DNA of 56,334 nucleotides from a virus (IMGVR_UViG_3300049926_000055:1-56334), one strand, 5' to 3'. Counted from the stretch's first letter, positions 8,762 through 20,385 are shown. Numbers and translations: made by a program. The notes: generated by a model not told the origin, from the letters alone.

Positions 8762-11700
8762 CGTAGAGATCACCGTCACCGTACGAGACCTGTCCGCCTC
8801 CCACTTCAACCAGCTCAACCAGCGCCTCAACAACGCCCGCGCCCGCGCCACGGCGGCCGGTACCGCGTTCCGGGGCCTGGAGCAGCGCATCGACGGCGCG
8901 ACGTCGGCGCTGCGCACGATGAACGTCCTCACCGGGGCGCTCACTACGAACCTCGCTCACCTCCAGGCCGAGACCCGGGACCTCGCACAGGCCATGGGGC
9001 AGGTCGCCACCCGCACCGGCCGCGTGTCGGACGGGTTCGTTGTCCTGGACGCTGAGGCGCGGATGCTGCGCCACGACATGGACCAACTCGGCGGCAGCCT
9101 CGACGGCGTCCACGGCGGTTTGCGTGACCTCGGTGACGGGTCACGGCAGGCACGGCGGGACGTCAGCGGGTTGGGCGGCGGGCTGGGGGACCTGGACGGG
9201 CACCTCAGCCAGGTCGAGAGCAACGCCGGCGGGGCCGCGTCGGCGCTCGGCTCCGGCGGCGGTGGCGGCGGGGGTCTCGGTGGGGCGCTGGGTGTCGCGG
9301 CTGCTGCGGCGTTGTCGGCGCTGCCAGCGATGGGCGCGTTGGTGCCGATGCTGGCCGGGCTCTCTGTAGCGGCGGCCACCGTCAAGCTCGGGTTCTCTGG
9401 CATCGGTAAGGCGATGACCGACCAGGGCAAGGACTCGAAGAAGTACAAGGCCGACCTCAAGGCCATGTCCCCGCAGAGCCGGGAACTCACCAAGTCCCTC
9501 GTCGACTTGAAGAAAGAATTCTCGGGCACCGGCAAGGCAATTCAGAAGGCCATGCTGCCCGGGTTCACGTCCGCACTGAAGGCAGCAAAGCCCGAGGTGA
9601 AAGCCGTACGCGGCGCGATGGTCGATATGGCCAAGGTGTTCGGTGATGCGGCCAAGGGCGTCGGCAAGCTGATGAAAGACTCCGGGTTTCAGAAAGACTT
9701 CAGTAAGACCCTGAAACTCGGCACCGGCTTCATCAAGGACATGACCACCAGCTTCGGCCCATTCCTCAAATCGTTGATTCACTTCGGCGCGGTATCCGAG
9801 AAGTCACTGAAAGCATTCTCCGGCGGCATCGGCGACCTGCTGAGCAAGGGCGTACCAGGCTTCTTCAAGAACCTGGAGCCCGGCATTGCGGGCGCATCCA
9901 AGCTGATCACCGGCCTGTTCGACGCGATCAACCTGATCCTCCCCGCCCTCGGCAACCTCTCCGGATCCTTGGGTAAAAACCTCGGCCCGCTCTTCGGGGC
10001 GTTCCTCAAAAACGCCGGACTGCTGGTCGCCGCTTTCGCCGACGGACTCACACCCGCCCTCGACGCACTCGCCCCCACAGCGAACTCCGCCGCCGGGGCC
10101 CTGAACACCATGGGCAAATACATCGAACCCCTCGCAAAGGGCCTCGGCACAGCCCTCGGTGGCGCCGTAAAACTGCTGACCCCGGTGTTCAAGAACCTGT
10201 TCGACCTGGCATCCATCGCCCTACCGATATTCGTAGACCTCGCCGGAGCCATCGCCGGACCACTGCTATCGGCGTTCTCCGAAGTGGCCGGTATGGACTC
10301 CAAAACCAAGACGTTCGGCCAAGGCCTGAAAGACTTCGGGAACTGGGTCCACGACAACAAGGGCACCATCGACCAAGCCATGCGCAGAGCCGCCGTCGCA
10401 ATCCTCGACCTCGTCATCACCGCCGTCGGCGCAGCCCCGCAGATCTTCCACGCGTTCGCCGGCATGGTCAACGGCGTGATGACCGTCTTCGGTGTCTTCG
10501 CCCAAGGCGCCGCCGCGGCCTTCGGTTGGATCCCCGGCATCGGCGGCAAAATCAAGTCCGCGGCCTCCGACTTCATGACGTTCCGCCAGGGCGTGCAAGG
10601 CAGCCTCGACACCGCGGGCAAGGACATCCAGGCGTTCCACGACTCGGCGCTGCCCAAGCTCCAAGGCCAGAAGATGAAGCTCGACGTGTCCCCCTACAAC
10701 GCTGCTCTTGGCGCGGCGGGGAAGGCGCTGTCGCGGATGCCGGCGCCGAAGACGGCGAAGCTGAAGGCCGACGACTCGCAGTGGCAGTCCGTCGTCCGCC
10801 AGGCAGGCAAAGCCCTGTCCGGGCTCCCGGCGAAGAAGACCGCGAAGCTCACCGCGAAGGACGCGATATCGGCCGCCGCCCACGCTGCTCAGCGGGCCAT
10901 CGACGCCATCACCGGCAAGACCGTCGTCGTCAACTACGTCGGAAAGAAAAGCGGCTTCGCCGGCGGGAAACTCGCCCACGGCGGAGTCGTCGGGGCGTTC
11001 GCGGACGGTGGGGCGGTCGGCAGCGACGGCGCCCTCGCCCTCGTCGGCGAGCAGGGCCCGGAGCTGGTGCGGCTCCCCATCGGCGGCACCGTGTACCCGG
11101 CGGGCAAGTCGAAGCAGATGATGAAGGACGGTGCGGAACCTGCCCGTGCGTACGCGAAGGGCGGCACGGTCACCAAGGCGGAGGCGTCGGCCCGGTCGGG
11201 CGCGTGGGGTGACCTGACCGTCAGCCACTTCGGGCAGAAAGCGGGCCGCACGAAGTCCGAGTTCGCTACGGCGCTCGGGTCACCGGATTCGCTGAGCAGT
11301 CTCGTCGACAGCCTCAACAAATGGCGCGGCATCATCAAGGCCGCCACGTCCGGGGCGACGGAACGCGGCCTGCTGAAGAGCCTGGACAAGGCTGCCGCCG
11401 GGCTCATCAAACATGAGAAGGCGTTGGCCAAGGTCAACGACGCGTTGACGAAGGCGAAGGACAAGCTGTCGTCACTGAAGGACGCGGCGTCGCAGCTGAA
11501 GGACTCCATCAAGTCGGGGATCATCGGCTCGGCCAACATCACCGGCACCGCATCGTCGGGGGCACGGGTCACCACCGGGACGATCATCGGGCAGCTCACC
11601 GGGAAACGCGACCAGGCCGGGGCTTTCGCTGACGCGCTGAAGGCCTTGAAGAAGAAGGGCCTCAACAGCCAGAGCTTGAGCGAGATCGCCGCGGCCGGGC

Positions 11701-12260
11701 TGGAAGGCGGCGGCCTGGAAACGGCGACGGCCCTCATGTCGTCGTCCAAGGGCGACATCAAGCAAATCAACAGCCTTGAGAAGCAGATCGGGAAGTCCGC
11801 GACCTCGGCAGGATCGACCACCTCGAACGCCGTGTACGGGGCGTCAATCAAGATGGCCGATGCGCTGGTCAGCTCGCTGAAGAAGCAGCAGAGCGCCCTG
11901 GAGAAGGGCATGGAGAAGGCCGCAAAGACCCTGGAGAAGGCCATCGAGCGGGCGTTCAAACACAAGGCGTCGGGCGGCATCATCGGCGCCGCGTCGGGTG
12001 GCGCTCGCGGGGGGCTGACGTGGGTGGGCGAGCAGGGCCCGGAGCTGGCCCGGCTCCCGTACGGGTCGACCGTGTACCCGGCGGGGCAGTCGCGGCGGAT
12101 GGCCATGGCCGGCGGGGGTGGGGGTGGCGGCGTGATTCAGGTGAATTTGATCCTCGACGGCAAGGTCGCCGCGCGCGCTCTCATCGACCCGCTGAAGGGC
12201 GAGGTCAACAGGATCAGCGGCGGCAGCGTACAGAAGGCCCTCGGGCGCGGAAACGGATAG
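8751..12260 (+). CDS. Tape measure protein
   Basis: MANDVEITVTVRD start, long helical Ala/Gly/Lys-rich sequence, two GEQGPEL repeats; RBS ggaggaggtga. Confidence 0.92.
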   Translation: MANDVEITVTVRDLSASHFNQLNQRLNNARARATAAGTAFRGLEQRIDGATSALRTMNVLTGALTTNLAHLQAETRDLAQAMGQVATRTGRVSDGFVVLDAEARMLRHDMDQLGGSLDGVHGGLRDLGDGSRQARRDVSGLGGGLGDLDGHLSQVESNAGGAASALGSGGGGGGGLGGALGVAAAAALSALPAMGALVPMLAGLSVAAATVKLGFSGIGKAMTDQGKDSKKYKADLKAMSPQSRELTKSLVDLKKEFSGTGKAIQKAMLPGFTSALKAAKPEVKAVRGAMVDMAKVFGDAAKGVGKLMKDSGFQKDFSKTLKLGTGFIKDMTTSFGPFLKSLIHFGAVSEKSLKAFSGGIGDLLSKGVPGFFKNLEPGIAGASKLITGLFDAINLILPALGNLSGSLGKNLGPLFGAFLKNAGLLVAAFADGLTPALDALAPTANSAAGALNTMGKYIEPLAKGLGTALGGAVKLLTPVFKNLFDLASIALPIFVDLAGAIAGPLLSAFSEVAGMDSKTKTFGQGLKDFGNWVHDNKGTIDQAMRRAAVAILDLVITAVGAAPQIFHAFAGMVNGVMTVFGVFAQGAAAAFGWIPGIGGKIKSAASDFMTFRQGVQGSLDTAGKDIQAFHDSALPKLQGQKMKLDVSPYNAALGAAGKALSRMPAPKTAKLKADDSQWQSVVRQAGKALSGLPAKKTAKLTAKDAISAAAHAAQRAIDAITGKTVVVNYVGKKSGFAGGKLAHGGVVGAFADGGAVGSDGALALVGEQGPELVRLPIGGTVYPAGKSKQMMKDGAEPARAYAKGGTVTKAEASARSGAWGDLTVSHFGQKAGRTKSEFATALGSPDSLSSLVDSLNKWRGIIKAATSGATERGLLKSLDKAAAGLIKHEKALAKVNDALTKAKDKLSSLKDAASQLKDSIKSGIIGSANITGTASSGARVTTGTIIGQLTGKRDQAGAFADALKALKKKGLNSQSLSEIAAAGLEGGGLETATALMSSSKGDIKQINSLEKQIGKSATSAGSTTSNAVYGASIKMADALVSSLKKQQSALEKGMEKAAKTLEKAIERAFKHKASGGIIGAASGGARGGLTWVGEQGPELARLPYGSTVYPAGQSRRMAMAGGGGGGGVIQVNLILDGKVAARALIDPLKGEVNRISGGSVQKALGRGNG

Positions 12261-12269
12261 GGAGCGAAT

Positions 12270-12779
12270 ATGGCAGTCTTCAAAACGTGGAACGCGGTCA
12301 TGCCAACCACGGCCGCCCAAGCGGCAGTAACCACCGGCACGGCCATCAAGACCATGCTCCAGGTGGCGACACCCGCAACCACCCGGGCCACGCTCCTGTC
12401 GTGGGGTTTCTCCTCGGATGACCCGCCGGGCGCCGACGCCGTGATCGAGCTGATCCAAACGGACGTCGCAGCCACCGTGACCGCGCATTCCGCATCGGGG
12501 ATCCAGGCCCTCGACCCGGGCGCCCCCGCATCGTTCTGCGTCGGCGGCGTCAACGCCACCGGGTTCACCGCGACCGTCGAGGGCACCCCGACAGCCACCC
12601 GCACCTTCGACACGGTCGGTCTCAGTTCCGTGTCGGGGGAGTCCCCGCTCGTCTACAGCTACCAGTTCATGCCCGATGAGCGCCCCGTGGTGGCCTCCAG
12701 CAAGTTCCTTCGCGTCCGGGCTACGACCCCGACCACCGCGATGGATCTGCGCTGCTGGGTCTGCTGGTCGGAGTCGTAA
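12270..12779 (+). CDS. Minor tail protein
   Basis: Position after tape measure; Thr-rich beta sequence. Confidence 0.6.
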   Translation: MAVFKTWNAVMPTTAAQAAVTTGTAIKTMLQVATPATTRATLLSWGFSSDDPPGADAVIELIQTDVAATVTAHSASGIQALDPGAPASFCVGGVNATGFTATVEGTPTATRTFDTVGLSSVSGESPLVYSYQFMPDERPVVASSKFLRVRATTPTTAMDLRCWVCWSES

Positions 12780-12782
12780 CCC

Positions 12783-15491
12783 GTGACCCGTGTCGCACCC
12801 CTCCTCGCAGGCTGGTGGCTCCGCTCAGGCGGGCTCCCAGCCCAGACGCGCGGCACGGGCGACGTCCCCACCGGCGACAACGTCACCGTCGAAATCTACG
12901 TGGACGGCCTGTGGACTGACATCACTCCCCGCGTCATGACCCGCGACGGCTCCCAAAACATTTCGATCAGCGTCGGCCGCAGCGGCGAGAGCGCCACCAT
13001 CAACCCCGGGACGTGCGCGTTCCAGCTCAACAACCGGGACGGATTGTTCAGCCCGAGGAATCCGATGTCCCCGTACTACGGGAAGATCGGCCGCAACACC
13101 AAGATCCGCGTGTCCGTGCCCAACGGCAACGCCAAGAGCTACCGCTTCCAGGGCGAGATCCCCGCGTGGCCGCAGAAATGGGACTCCACCGGCACCGACG
13201 TATGGGTCGACATCGAAGCCGCCGGGATCCTGCGCCGCCTCAACCAGGGCTCCGCGCCGCTGCGCTCCACCATGTACCGAGGCCTCACCTCACCCAGCAC
13301 CATCACCACCAACCCCGCCATCGCCTACTGGCCCTGCGAAGACGCCGTCGGGTCGACATCCATCGCCTCCGCCATCGGCGGCGGCGCACCCATGCGGATC
13401 GTCGGCACCCCCACCCTCGCCAGCTTCGACGGCTTCAACTCATCCGCACCCATCCCCGTCATGGGCGATTCCTCATTCGCCGGAGCCATCCCCGGCGCCG
13501 TCCCCTTCATGACGACCAACACCGGCAGCATCCAAGTCCGGTTCCTCCTCGCCATCCCCGCGACCGGCGCCACCACCAACCAGCGGATCTGTACGTTCAC
13601 CACCACCGGCACCGCCGCCGTCTACAACCTCATCTACACCACCGGCGGAAACCTGACGCTCCAAGCCCTCGACAGCACCGGCGCCGTCCTGCAAACCATG
13701 GGACCCAGCGCGTTCGCCGTCGACGGCGAGCTGCTGCGGGTCTCCATCGAACTCAACCGGCCGGACGACATACCCGTCCTGAGGGCGACCCTCGCCACCC
13801 TCCAACCCGGCGCCACCACCGGCCAGACCCTGTCCGACTCCTGGCTCGGCTACGCCGTCGGCCACATCACGTCCATCACCATGGCCCCCGACGGCGGCTT
13901 GACCGGCACCGCCATCGGCCACGTCTCCGTACAGGGCCAGATCACCACCATCTTCGACCTCGGGTCCCAACTCGCCGCGTACGACGGGGAAGCAGCAGGG
14001 ACCCGCGCAGCACGCCTCATCGGCGAACAGGGCATCGCCGCCAGCAGCCTCGGCACCCTCTCCGACTCCGTCGCCATGGGCCCGCAAACCCGCGACACCC
14101 TCCTCAACCTCCTCCAGGAATGCGAGACCGCCGACCTCGGCCTGCTCTTCGAACGCTGGACGACACTCGGCCTCGGCTACCGGGTCCGCACCAACATCTA
14201 CAACCAAGCCGCCGGCCTGGAACTGGACTACACGGCGTTCGAGCTGGCTGAGGTACCGACGCCCGTCGATGACGACCAGGCGACCCGCAACGACATCACC
14301 GTCACCCGCGTGGGCGGCAGCAGCGCCCGCGCCACCCAGGACACCGGGCCCCTGTCGACCCTGGACCCCCCGAACGGCGTGGGGATCTACGACACCGCGG
14401 TCAACGTCAACGTCCAAAGGGACGATGACCTCCCCGATCAGGCGGCATGGCGGCTGCACATGGGCACCGTCGATGAGGCGCGGTATCCGCAGATCACCAT
14501 CAACCTCGCCCACCCCAGCTTCACCACATCAACGACGCAGCGCAGCGACGCCCTCGGCCTCCACCCCGGGGACCGCGTCACCATCGCCAACACCCCGTCG
14601 TGGCTACCCCCAGGCCTGGTCAGCTTGATCGTCGTCGGCGTCAACGAGACCATCGACAACTTCCAGCACGCCATCACCCTGAACTGCGTACCCGAATCGC
14701 CCTACCGCGTCGGCGTCACCGACGACCCCACCTACGGCCGCGTCGACACCGACGGCAGCACCCTCACCACCGACGCCACCACCACCACGACCGCGCTCAC
14801 CGTCGCCACCAACAGCGGCCCGGTGTGGACCACCGACCACAGCGAGACGCCCTTCGACCTGCGGGTGGGCGGCGAAGTCGTCACCGTCGTCGGACTCGGC
14901 ACCGTCATCAACGACAACGCCCTGCTACTCACCGACGCCTCGGGCTGGACCGCATCCAACTCGACCCTCACCTACACCACCGCCATCACCAACGACGGCT
15001 ACGCGGCGGCGGCGTCCATGCGGGTCGCCCCCGACGGCGTGTCAGCGTCCGGCGGCGTCAACACCACCTCGCGCAGCCCCGTCGGCTCCATCACCCCTGC
15101 GGCCTCGTACACGTGCTGCGCGTGGGTGTACTCGCCCGCTGGCTGGTCGGACCTGCGGACAGCCGTCGACTGGTATGACGCGGGCGGCGGGTTCCTGTCC
15201 ACGTCGCTCGGCTCCGCCACGGCCGTCGCAGCCGGGGTCTGGACGTTCCTGACGCAGACGTTCACCGCGCCCGCCTCCGCCAGTTCCGCCATCACCCGAG
15301 GCCGCTGGGGCAGCACCCCCGCAGCGTCGGACGTCAGCTACTGGTGGGCGATCCGCCTCATCGACGACGCCACCGTGGCCACGACCAGCCCGCAGCGCAT
15401 GACGGTGGTCCGCTCGGTCAACGGCATCGTCAAAACCCAGACCACGGGCACCGATGTGGCCCTCGCCCAACCGATGATCGTCGCCCTGTAG
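12783..15491 (+). CDS. Minor tail / tail tip protein with LamG-like and carbohydrate-binding-like domains
   Basis: [28 protein letters not shown] and TRNDITVTR motifs; C-terminal AVDWYD...[17 protein letters not shown]-like block. Confidence 0.8.
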   Translation: MTRVAPLLAGWWLRSGGLPAQTRGTGDVPTGDNVTVEIYVDGLWTDITPRVMTRDGSQNISISVGRSGESATINPGTCAFQLNNRDGLFSPRNPMSPYYGKIGRNTKIRVSVPNGNAKSYRFQGEIPAWPQKWDSTGTDVWVDIEAAGILRRLNQGSAPLRSTMYRGLTSPSTITTNPAIAYWPCEDAVGSTSIASAIGGGAPMRIVGTPTLASFDGFNSSAPIPVMGDSSFAGAIPGAVPFMTTNTGSIQVRFLLAIPATGATTNQRICTFTTTGTAAVYNLIYTTGGNLTLQALDSTGAVLQTMGPSAFAVDGELLRVSIELNRPDDIPVLRATLATLQPGATTGQTLSDSWLGYAVGHITSITMAPDGGLTGTAIGHVSVQGQITTIFDLGSQLAAYDGEAAGTRAARLIGEQGIAASSLGTLSDSVAMGPQTRDTLLNLLQECETADLGLLFERWTTLGLGYRVRTNIYNQAAGLELDYTAFELAEVPTPVDDDQATRNDITVTRVGGSSARATQDTGPLSTLDPPNGVGIYDTAVNVNVQRDDDLPDQAAWRLHMGTVDEARYPQITINLAHPSFTTSTTQRSDALGLHPGDRVTIANTPSWLPPGLVSLIVVGVNETIDNFQHAITLNCVPESPYRVGVTDDPTYGRVDTDGSTLTTDATTTTTALTVATNSGPVWTTDHSETPFDLRVGGEVVTVVGLGTVINDNALLLTDASGWTASNSTLTYTTAITNDGYAAAASMRVAPDGVSASGGVNTTSRSPVGSITPAASYTCCAWVYSPAGWSDLRTAVDWYDAGGGFLSTSLGSATAVAAGVWTFLTQTFTAPASASSAITRGRWGSTPAASDVSYWWAIRLIDDATVATTSPQRMTVVRSVNGIVKTQTTGTDVALAQPMIVAL

Positions 15492-15500
15492 GAGGCTCGC

Positions 15501-16052
15501 GTGACCCAATACCCCGTGATCAACGCGGGCCAACGCGTTACCGGGACACTGCTCAACCACATGATTCCCCTCATGGCCCGCAAAACCGCAGACACCGCCC
15601 GCGCAAGCACCACCACCACAACCGCCGACCCAGAGTTGCAATTCACGCTGGAAGCCAACGCCACTTATGCAATGGACGGCTTCCTCAAATACGACGCCGA
15701 CGCCACAGCGAAAATCTCCATCGACTTCACCGGGCCCGTCGGCGTCCTCGGCGAGTGGGTCGGCTGGGGCGCCGGTGCACCCGCCATCAGCACCAACGGC
15801 AGCCCGGGCGCCCTGATCTCCGACACGTCCTCAACACGCGGATACATGATCCGCAACGAATCCAACGATGTCGAACAGCTGCGAACATTCGGCGCACTGG
15901 GTGTCGGCAACATCCTGACGATCCTCATCAACGGCACGATCCGCAACACCACCGCAGGGACATACACACTCGATTGGGCGCAAGTCAATTCCAGCGCCAC
16001 CGCCACGACCATCTACACCGACTCGTGGCTACGCCTCCAACGCGTCGCATAG
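15501..16052 (+). CDS. Minor tail / receptor-binding-like protein
   Basis: [12 protein letters not shown]-terminus; ADPELQF...LDWAQ...[10 protein letters not shown]. Confidence 0.65.
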   Translation: MTQYPVINAGQRVTGTLLNHMIPLMARKTADTARASTTTTTADPELQFTLEANATYAMDGFLKYDADATAKISIDFTGPVGVLGEWVGWGAGAPAISTNGSPGALISDTSSTRGYMIRNESNDVEQLRTFGALGVGNILTILINGTIRNTTAGTYTLDWAQVNSSATATTIYTDSWLRLQRVA

Positions 16053-16069
16053 CGAATGGACCGAACGAC

Positions 16070-16918
16070 ATGACGACCCACATCATCCCCGAGCAGCACG
16101 ACCGGCCGTTCGCTCTCGGCCGGCACGTCCACCACGACCCGCGGTCCCTTGCGTACGCGCACGGCGTCCTGCCCAAGTCCGTCATCAAGTCGGTGGAGTG
16201 GACGCGCCGCATACCGATCCTCGACCAGGGCAACCTGGGCTCCTGCACCGGCAACGCAGGCACCGGCGTGCTGGGCACCGACTCGGCCGGGCGCACTGCC
16301 ACCACCTCCGTGACCATCTCGGCGGCCGGTGCCGCAGCGTCGCACGGCCTGTTCACTGCCGGCGTTCACGTGCTGGACGAGGTGTTCGCGGTCAGCCTGT
16401 ACTCGCTGGCGACGATCCTCGACAGCTTCTCCGGCCAGTACCCGCCGACCGACACCGGATCGTCCGGGCTGGGTGTCGCGAAGGCACTGAAGGCCCTGGG
16501 CCTGGCTGGCTCGTACTCGCACGCGTTCTCCATCGCCGCGTTGAACTCGGCGTTGCAGGCGGGCCCGGTGATGATCGGCATCGAGTGGCTGAAGTCGATG
16601 TTCGACACCGCGACGGACGGCCGGATCCTCGTCGACCACGCGAGCGGCGTCGCAGGCGGCCACGAACTGGAGCTGTCGAAGTACGACGCGGCCACCGGCG
16701 AGTACTGGATCGACAACTCGTGGTCCGAGACGTGGGGCGTGAAGGGCCTCGCCTACTTCACCACCGCCGACCTCTCGTGGCTCCTGTCCCAGCAGGGCGA
16801 CGTCACCGTGCCGCAGCTCACCGCCACACCCACGCCCACCCCGACGCCGGTCCCGGCCGACGCTGACAAGGCGTTCGCCGCCGCCGCCCACACCTGGCTC
16901 ACCGCGAAGGGACTCTGA
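16070..16918 (+). CDS. Papain-like (C1) cysteine peptidase
   Basis: [14 protein letters not shown] (Gln, Cys), GGHE (His), [10 protein letters not shown] (Asn). Confidence 0.85.
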   Translation: MTTHIIPEQHDRPFALGRHVHHDPRSLAYAHGVLPKSVIKSVEWTRRIPILDQGNLGSCTGNAGTGVLGTDSAGRTATTSVTISAAGAAASHGLFTAGVHVLDEVFAVSLYSLATILDSFSGQYPPTDTGSSGLGVAKALKALGLAGSYSHAFSIAALNSALQAGPVMIGIEWLKSMFDTATDGRILVDHASGVAGGHELELSKYDAATGEYWIDNSWSETWGVKGLAYFTTADLSWLLSQQGDVTVPQLTATPTPTPTPVPADADKAFAAAAHTWLTAKGL

Positions 16919-16920
16919 CC

Positions 16921-17223
16921 ATGGCCGACGCCAGCGCACTGGACGCGGCCTACCGGGAGCGCGCGCACCTCGTCGCGCACCTCGCGGCCGTCTACTCGTC
17001 ATGCATCGGCTTCACCGACCCGGACGAGCCGGAGTGGGCCGTGGTAACGATCAGCCTGCCCACCGGGCAGGCCACATGGCACGTCGCCCCCAGCGACATG
17101 GATCTCTTCGGGCACGTGCGCACAGACTTCACGGACCCGTGGGACGGCCACACGACCGAGCAGAAGTACGCGCGCCTGGACCAGGCCACGCGCATCAAGG
17201 CTGCCGGAAAGTGGGTGAACTGA
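16921..17223 (+). CDS. Small phage protein with WDGH motif
   Basis: AYRERAHLVA...LPTGQATWH...WDGHTTEQKYARL. Confidence 0.7.
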   Translation: MADASALDAAYRERAHLVAHLAAVYSSCIGFTDPDEPEWAVVTISLPTGQATWHVAPSDMDLFGHVRTDFTDPWDGHTTEQKYARLDQATRIKAAGKWVN

Positions 17224-18218
17224 TGCCCACCTCCCGGGGCATGGACGTCTCCGTCTACCAGGGCCCGCAGGACTGGCCCGCGCTCAAGGCCGGCGGGCTC
17301 GCATTCGCATTCGCCAAGGCCAGCGAAGGCGAGCACTCGCGCGACAACCACTTCGTCCAGCACATCACCGGCATCAAAGCCGCCGGACTCGTCCCCGGGG
17401 CCTACCACTTCGGGTGGCCGACGCAGGACGTGGCGGCTGAGGCCGCGAACTACATCGCCGCGGTGAAGCCCTACGCCGGGCCCGGGTTCATCCACTGGCT
17501 CGACCTGGAGCGCCGCACGGACGGCGCGAACTACAAGGGGCGCAGCGCCTCGCAGATCCGGGCGTGGGCCGCGAAGTGGCTCGCCCTCGTGGCCGCCGCG
17601 TTCCCGGGGCAGCGCGTCGGCTCGTACACGTCGAAGTCCGACCTCGCCGCTGGGCACCTCCCCACCGGCGTCCCCCTCTGGTACCCCGCGTACCCGGGGA
17701 CCTCCGTCGACGAGTACGCGGAGGCCGAGGCCGCGCCCCGGCCGAAGCCATCCGGATGGACGCCGCTGATCTGGCAGTTCACATCGAACCCCCGGACCGG
17801 CCCGAACCTCGACCTCAACATCTGCTACCTGTCCCCGACCGAACTCCGCACATGGGCCAACCCTCAGGAGAACACCGTGACGCTCACCGCGCAGGAAACC
17901 CACGACGCCGTCTGGAAGATCGACGACCTCGCCGCCCCCGCCGACGCACCGGACGCCAAGACCAACCCCACGTGGCAGCCCCAGTCCTACCTGAAGGACA
18001 CCAACACCCGCGTCCGCGACCTGGAAACAGCCACCGCCTCACTGACGTCCTCCCAGACCGCGCAGAGCATCGTGCTCACCGAAATCTCGGCCAAGGTCGA
18101 CGCCCTCCAGCCCGTCCTGTCGGACGCGCAGGTCCAGGCAATCGCCGCGTCCCCGGTGCTGGCCGCAGCGATCGCCGAACAGGTCGCGGCCAAGCTCGCC
18201 GCCCGCCTCGCCTCCTAA
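17223..18218 (+). CDS. Endolysin, glycoside hydrolase family 25 (muramidase)
   Basis: GMDVSVYQG, FAFAKASEG, GAYHF, WLDLE and IWQFTS motifs. Confidence 0.9.
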   Translation: MPTSRGMDVSVYQGPQDWPALKAGGLAFAFAKASEGEHSRDNHFVQHITGIKAAGLVPGAYHFGWPTQDVAAEAANYIAAVKPYAGPGFIHWLDLERRTDGANYKGRSASQIRAWAAKWLALVAAAFPGQRVGSYTSKSDLAAGHLPTGVPLWYPAYPGTSVDEYAEAEAAPRPKPSGWTPLIWQFTSNPRTGPNLDLNICYLSPTELRTWANPQENTVTLTAQETHDAVWKIDDLAAPADAPDAKTNPTWQPQSYLKDTNTRVRDLETATASLTSSQTAQSIVLTEISAKVDALQPVLSDAQVQAIAASPVLAAAIAEQVAAKLAARLAS

Positions 18219-18290
18219 CCCGCTCCCTCGAGGAACAGGTACGGACCAACCCACTGCCGCTCGAGCGGCCCCGCAGAAACGGATCTCCTC

Positions 18291-18590
18291 ATGTATGCGA
18301 TCTTCGTCAACTGGATGCGGACCATCGTGCCGCTCCTCGTCGGCTGGACACTGACCGTCGTCGGGTTCCTCGGCGTCAACCCCGACAGCACCGCCACCGC
18401 TTCGCTGGTCACGGCCCTGCTCACCGGCGCCTACTACACCTTGTTCCGCATCGTCGAGCACGTCGCCGACAAGCTGAACATTCAGCCGCTGCGGGTCCTG
18501 GCCGGGGTGCTGCTGGGCTGGGCACGTCCCCCGCAGGACCCGGGCACCGGCCTGGCCCCGGCCGGGCGCACCGCGCACCCCACCGCTTAG
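18291..18590 (+). CDS. Holin candidate
   Basis: RTIVPLLVGW...AYYTLFRIVE; two or more hydrophobic helices; follows endolysin. Confidence 0.7.
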   Translation: MYAIFVNWMRTIVPLLVGWTLTVVGFLGVNPDSTATASLVTALLTGAYYTLFRIVEHVADKLNIQPLRVLAGVLLGWARPPQDPGTGLAPAGRTAHPTA

Positions 18591-18599
18591 GAGCTCCGC

Positions 18600-18860
18600 T
18601 TGGACGCCACCACCCTCGGCGGCCTACTCACAGGCGGCGCGGCGGTAATCGGCGCGGTGGTGGTGTTCGTCGGGAAACGCGGAGAGAACAAGAACTCGCT
18701 GACCGACCAGCTCCAGGAGGAACTGACCGTGAAGCGAACTGACCTCGCTGCCGCGGAGGCCGAGGTGAAGGTGCTGCAGCGGCAGCATCACGACGACCTG
18801 ATCCGCATGACCCAGCTTGAGATACAGATCATCCGACTCGGAGGACCCCCCAACCCATGA
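18600..18860 (+). CDS. Membrane protein with coiled coil (lysis cassette)
   Basis: N-terminal TM helix then DQLQEEL...QLEIQI heptads. Confidence 0.65.
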   Translation: MDATTLGGLLTGGAAVIGAVVVFVGKRGENKNSLTDQLQEELTVKRTDLAAAEAEVKVLQRQHHDDLIRMTQLEIQIIRLGGPPNP

Positions 18861-19513
18861 CCCGGACTGAGCGCACGATCGTCCAGCACTGGCGCAGCAT
18901 CGGCCTCGCGTGCCTGTTCGTCGCTCTGTTCGGCATCGCATGGGCAACCTGGCACCGCATCGACGCCTCCGACCGCAACTACGCCGCCGCCACCACCGAA
19001 GCCAACAAACGCGGCGACGCCGTCAGCACCCTCACCGGGGACGTACGGGCGCTCCGCGTGCAGATCAAGGGCCTGGGTAAAACGCCGGTAGCGCCCGACC
19101 CGAGCAACGCTGTCCCGTCCCTCCCGGACCGTACGACGGTGCCCGTACCGATACCCGGACCGTCCGGGGCCGCGGGCGCACCGGGCAAGTCCGGGTCCCC
19201 GGGGGCGACGGGATCCCCGGGCGTATCCGGATCTCCCGGGACAACCGGATCGCCGGGCGTCCAGGGCCCGACTGGCCCCACGGGTCCGGCAGGTCCGGCT
19301 GGTCCCGCCGGCGCAGACGGCAAGGATGGGGCCGCGGGCAAGGACGGCACCGACGGGAAAGATGGGCAGTCCTGTCCGACCGGGTACAGCTGGCAGACCC
19401 CGGCGGATGACCCGGATGCGCTGGTGTGCCGCAAGGACGGGGCGCCGTCACCGACGCCGACGTCTACGGGGCTGGCTGTGGGTCTGCCTCCGGACCGGCG
19501 CCGCATCATCTGA
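18857..19513 (+). CDS. Membrane-anchored collagen-like protein
   Basis: TM helix, coiled coil, long G-X-Y run, terminal CPTGY...LVC. Confidence 0.8.
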   Translation: MTRTERTIVQHWRSIGLACLFVALFGIAWATWHRIDASDRNYAAATTEANKRGDAVSTLTGDVRALRVQIKGLGKTPVAPDPSNAVPSLPDRTTVPVPIPGPSGAAGAPGKSGSPGATGSPGVSGSPGTTGSPGVQGPTGPTGPAGPAGPAGADGKDGAAGKDGTDGKDGQSCPTGYSWQTPADDPDALVCRKDGAPSPTPTSTGLAVGLPPDRRRII

Positions 19514-19553
19514 GGTGCGTCCGGGGCCTCATCCTGCCCGCTACGCTCATCTC

Positions 19554-19760
19554 ATGGACCGTCTGACGCGCATGTTCCTGATCGGCCTCACCGTGCCGTT
19601 CGTCGCGTTCGCCGTGGTCGCGTTGGCCGTGCGACCGGACACGCTGCTCCAGTGGGTCGCGGTTGCCGCGACTATCCCCGTGGTGTCCGCCGCCGTAGCG
19701 ATGGCCTACGCGTACCGCGCCCGGACGCCCCCAAGCGTGCCTGCCCGCTCCCGCCGCTGA
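19554..19760 (+). CDS. Small two-TM membrane protein
   Basis: MDRLTRMFLIGLTVPFVAFAVVALAV...; hydrophobic. Confidence 0.5.
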   Translation: MDRLTRMFLIGLTVPFVAFAVVALAVRPDTLLQWVAVAATIPVVSAAVAMAYAYRARTPPSVPARSRR

Positions 19761-19944
19761 CCTACGCGGCCCGTACGAGGCCGCGCTGAGCCTCCAGCCA
19801 CAGGCGCTGCAACTCCGCGAGCTCAGCCAAGTCACGCTCCGACCACGGGCCCGGCCCATGCGCCCGCACATAACGGCGCACCGCCTCATTCGCCTCCGCT
19901 GGTCCCCCACACATGACAGGAATTCTAGGCTCCGCACAAGGCGA

Positions 19945-20214
19945 TCAGCCCTCCACGGGCGGCGCCACCACAAACGACCCCTTGCCCTGCACCGTGTAGA
20001 CGAGGCCCCGCTCCCGCAGCTCCCTGACCGCCCTGCGCGCCGTCAATCGGGCCACCCCGTACTCATCCGCCAGGCGAGTCTCTGCAGGGATCGGCCGGTC
20101 CGGCTGAATCTCCCCGGCCGCGATCTTCCCGGCGACGATGTCGGCGAGCTGCACGTAGACGGGGCGGCCACTGTTGTGGTCGATCAGCTCTGCGGGATCC
20201 TCTACACCACTCAC
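19945..20214 (-). CDS. GntR-family winged-helix regulator (DNA-binding domain only), probably leaderless
   Basis: PVYVQLADIV...IPAETRLADEYGVARLTARRAVRELRERGLVYTVQGKGSFV; TACGTT -10-like box 6 nt before GTG. Confidence 0.88.
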   Translation of the reverse strand: MSGVEDPAELIDHNSGRPVYVQLADIVAGKIAAGEIQPDRPIPAETRLADEYGVARLTARRAVRELRERGLVYTVQGKGSFVVAPPVEG

Positions 20215-20385
20215 AAGATCAACGTAGGGGGGTGCTGACCTGCCCACATCTCCGGATCCGTCCGCACTCCTCTACAGAGGTCTACGTAGCGGTGTAGCGT
20301 GGAATACCCCTAGACAAGGGGAAACCCCCCGCAGCCGATGGCACGGCCCGGGGGGATGGCCAACCTGAAGCGAGAGCAGGTCGAC

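Noticed and set aside
12783-16052. Diversity-generating retroelement or invertible tail cassette
   Set aside because: No reverse transcriptase, invertase or TR/VR pair seen
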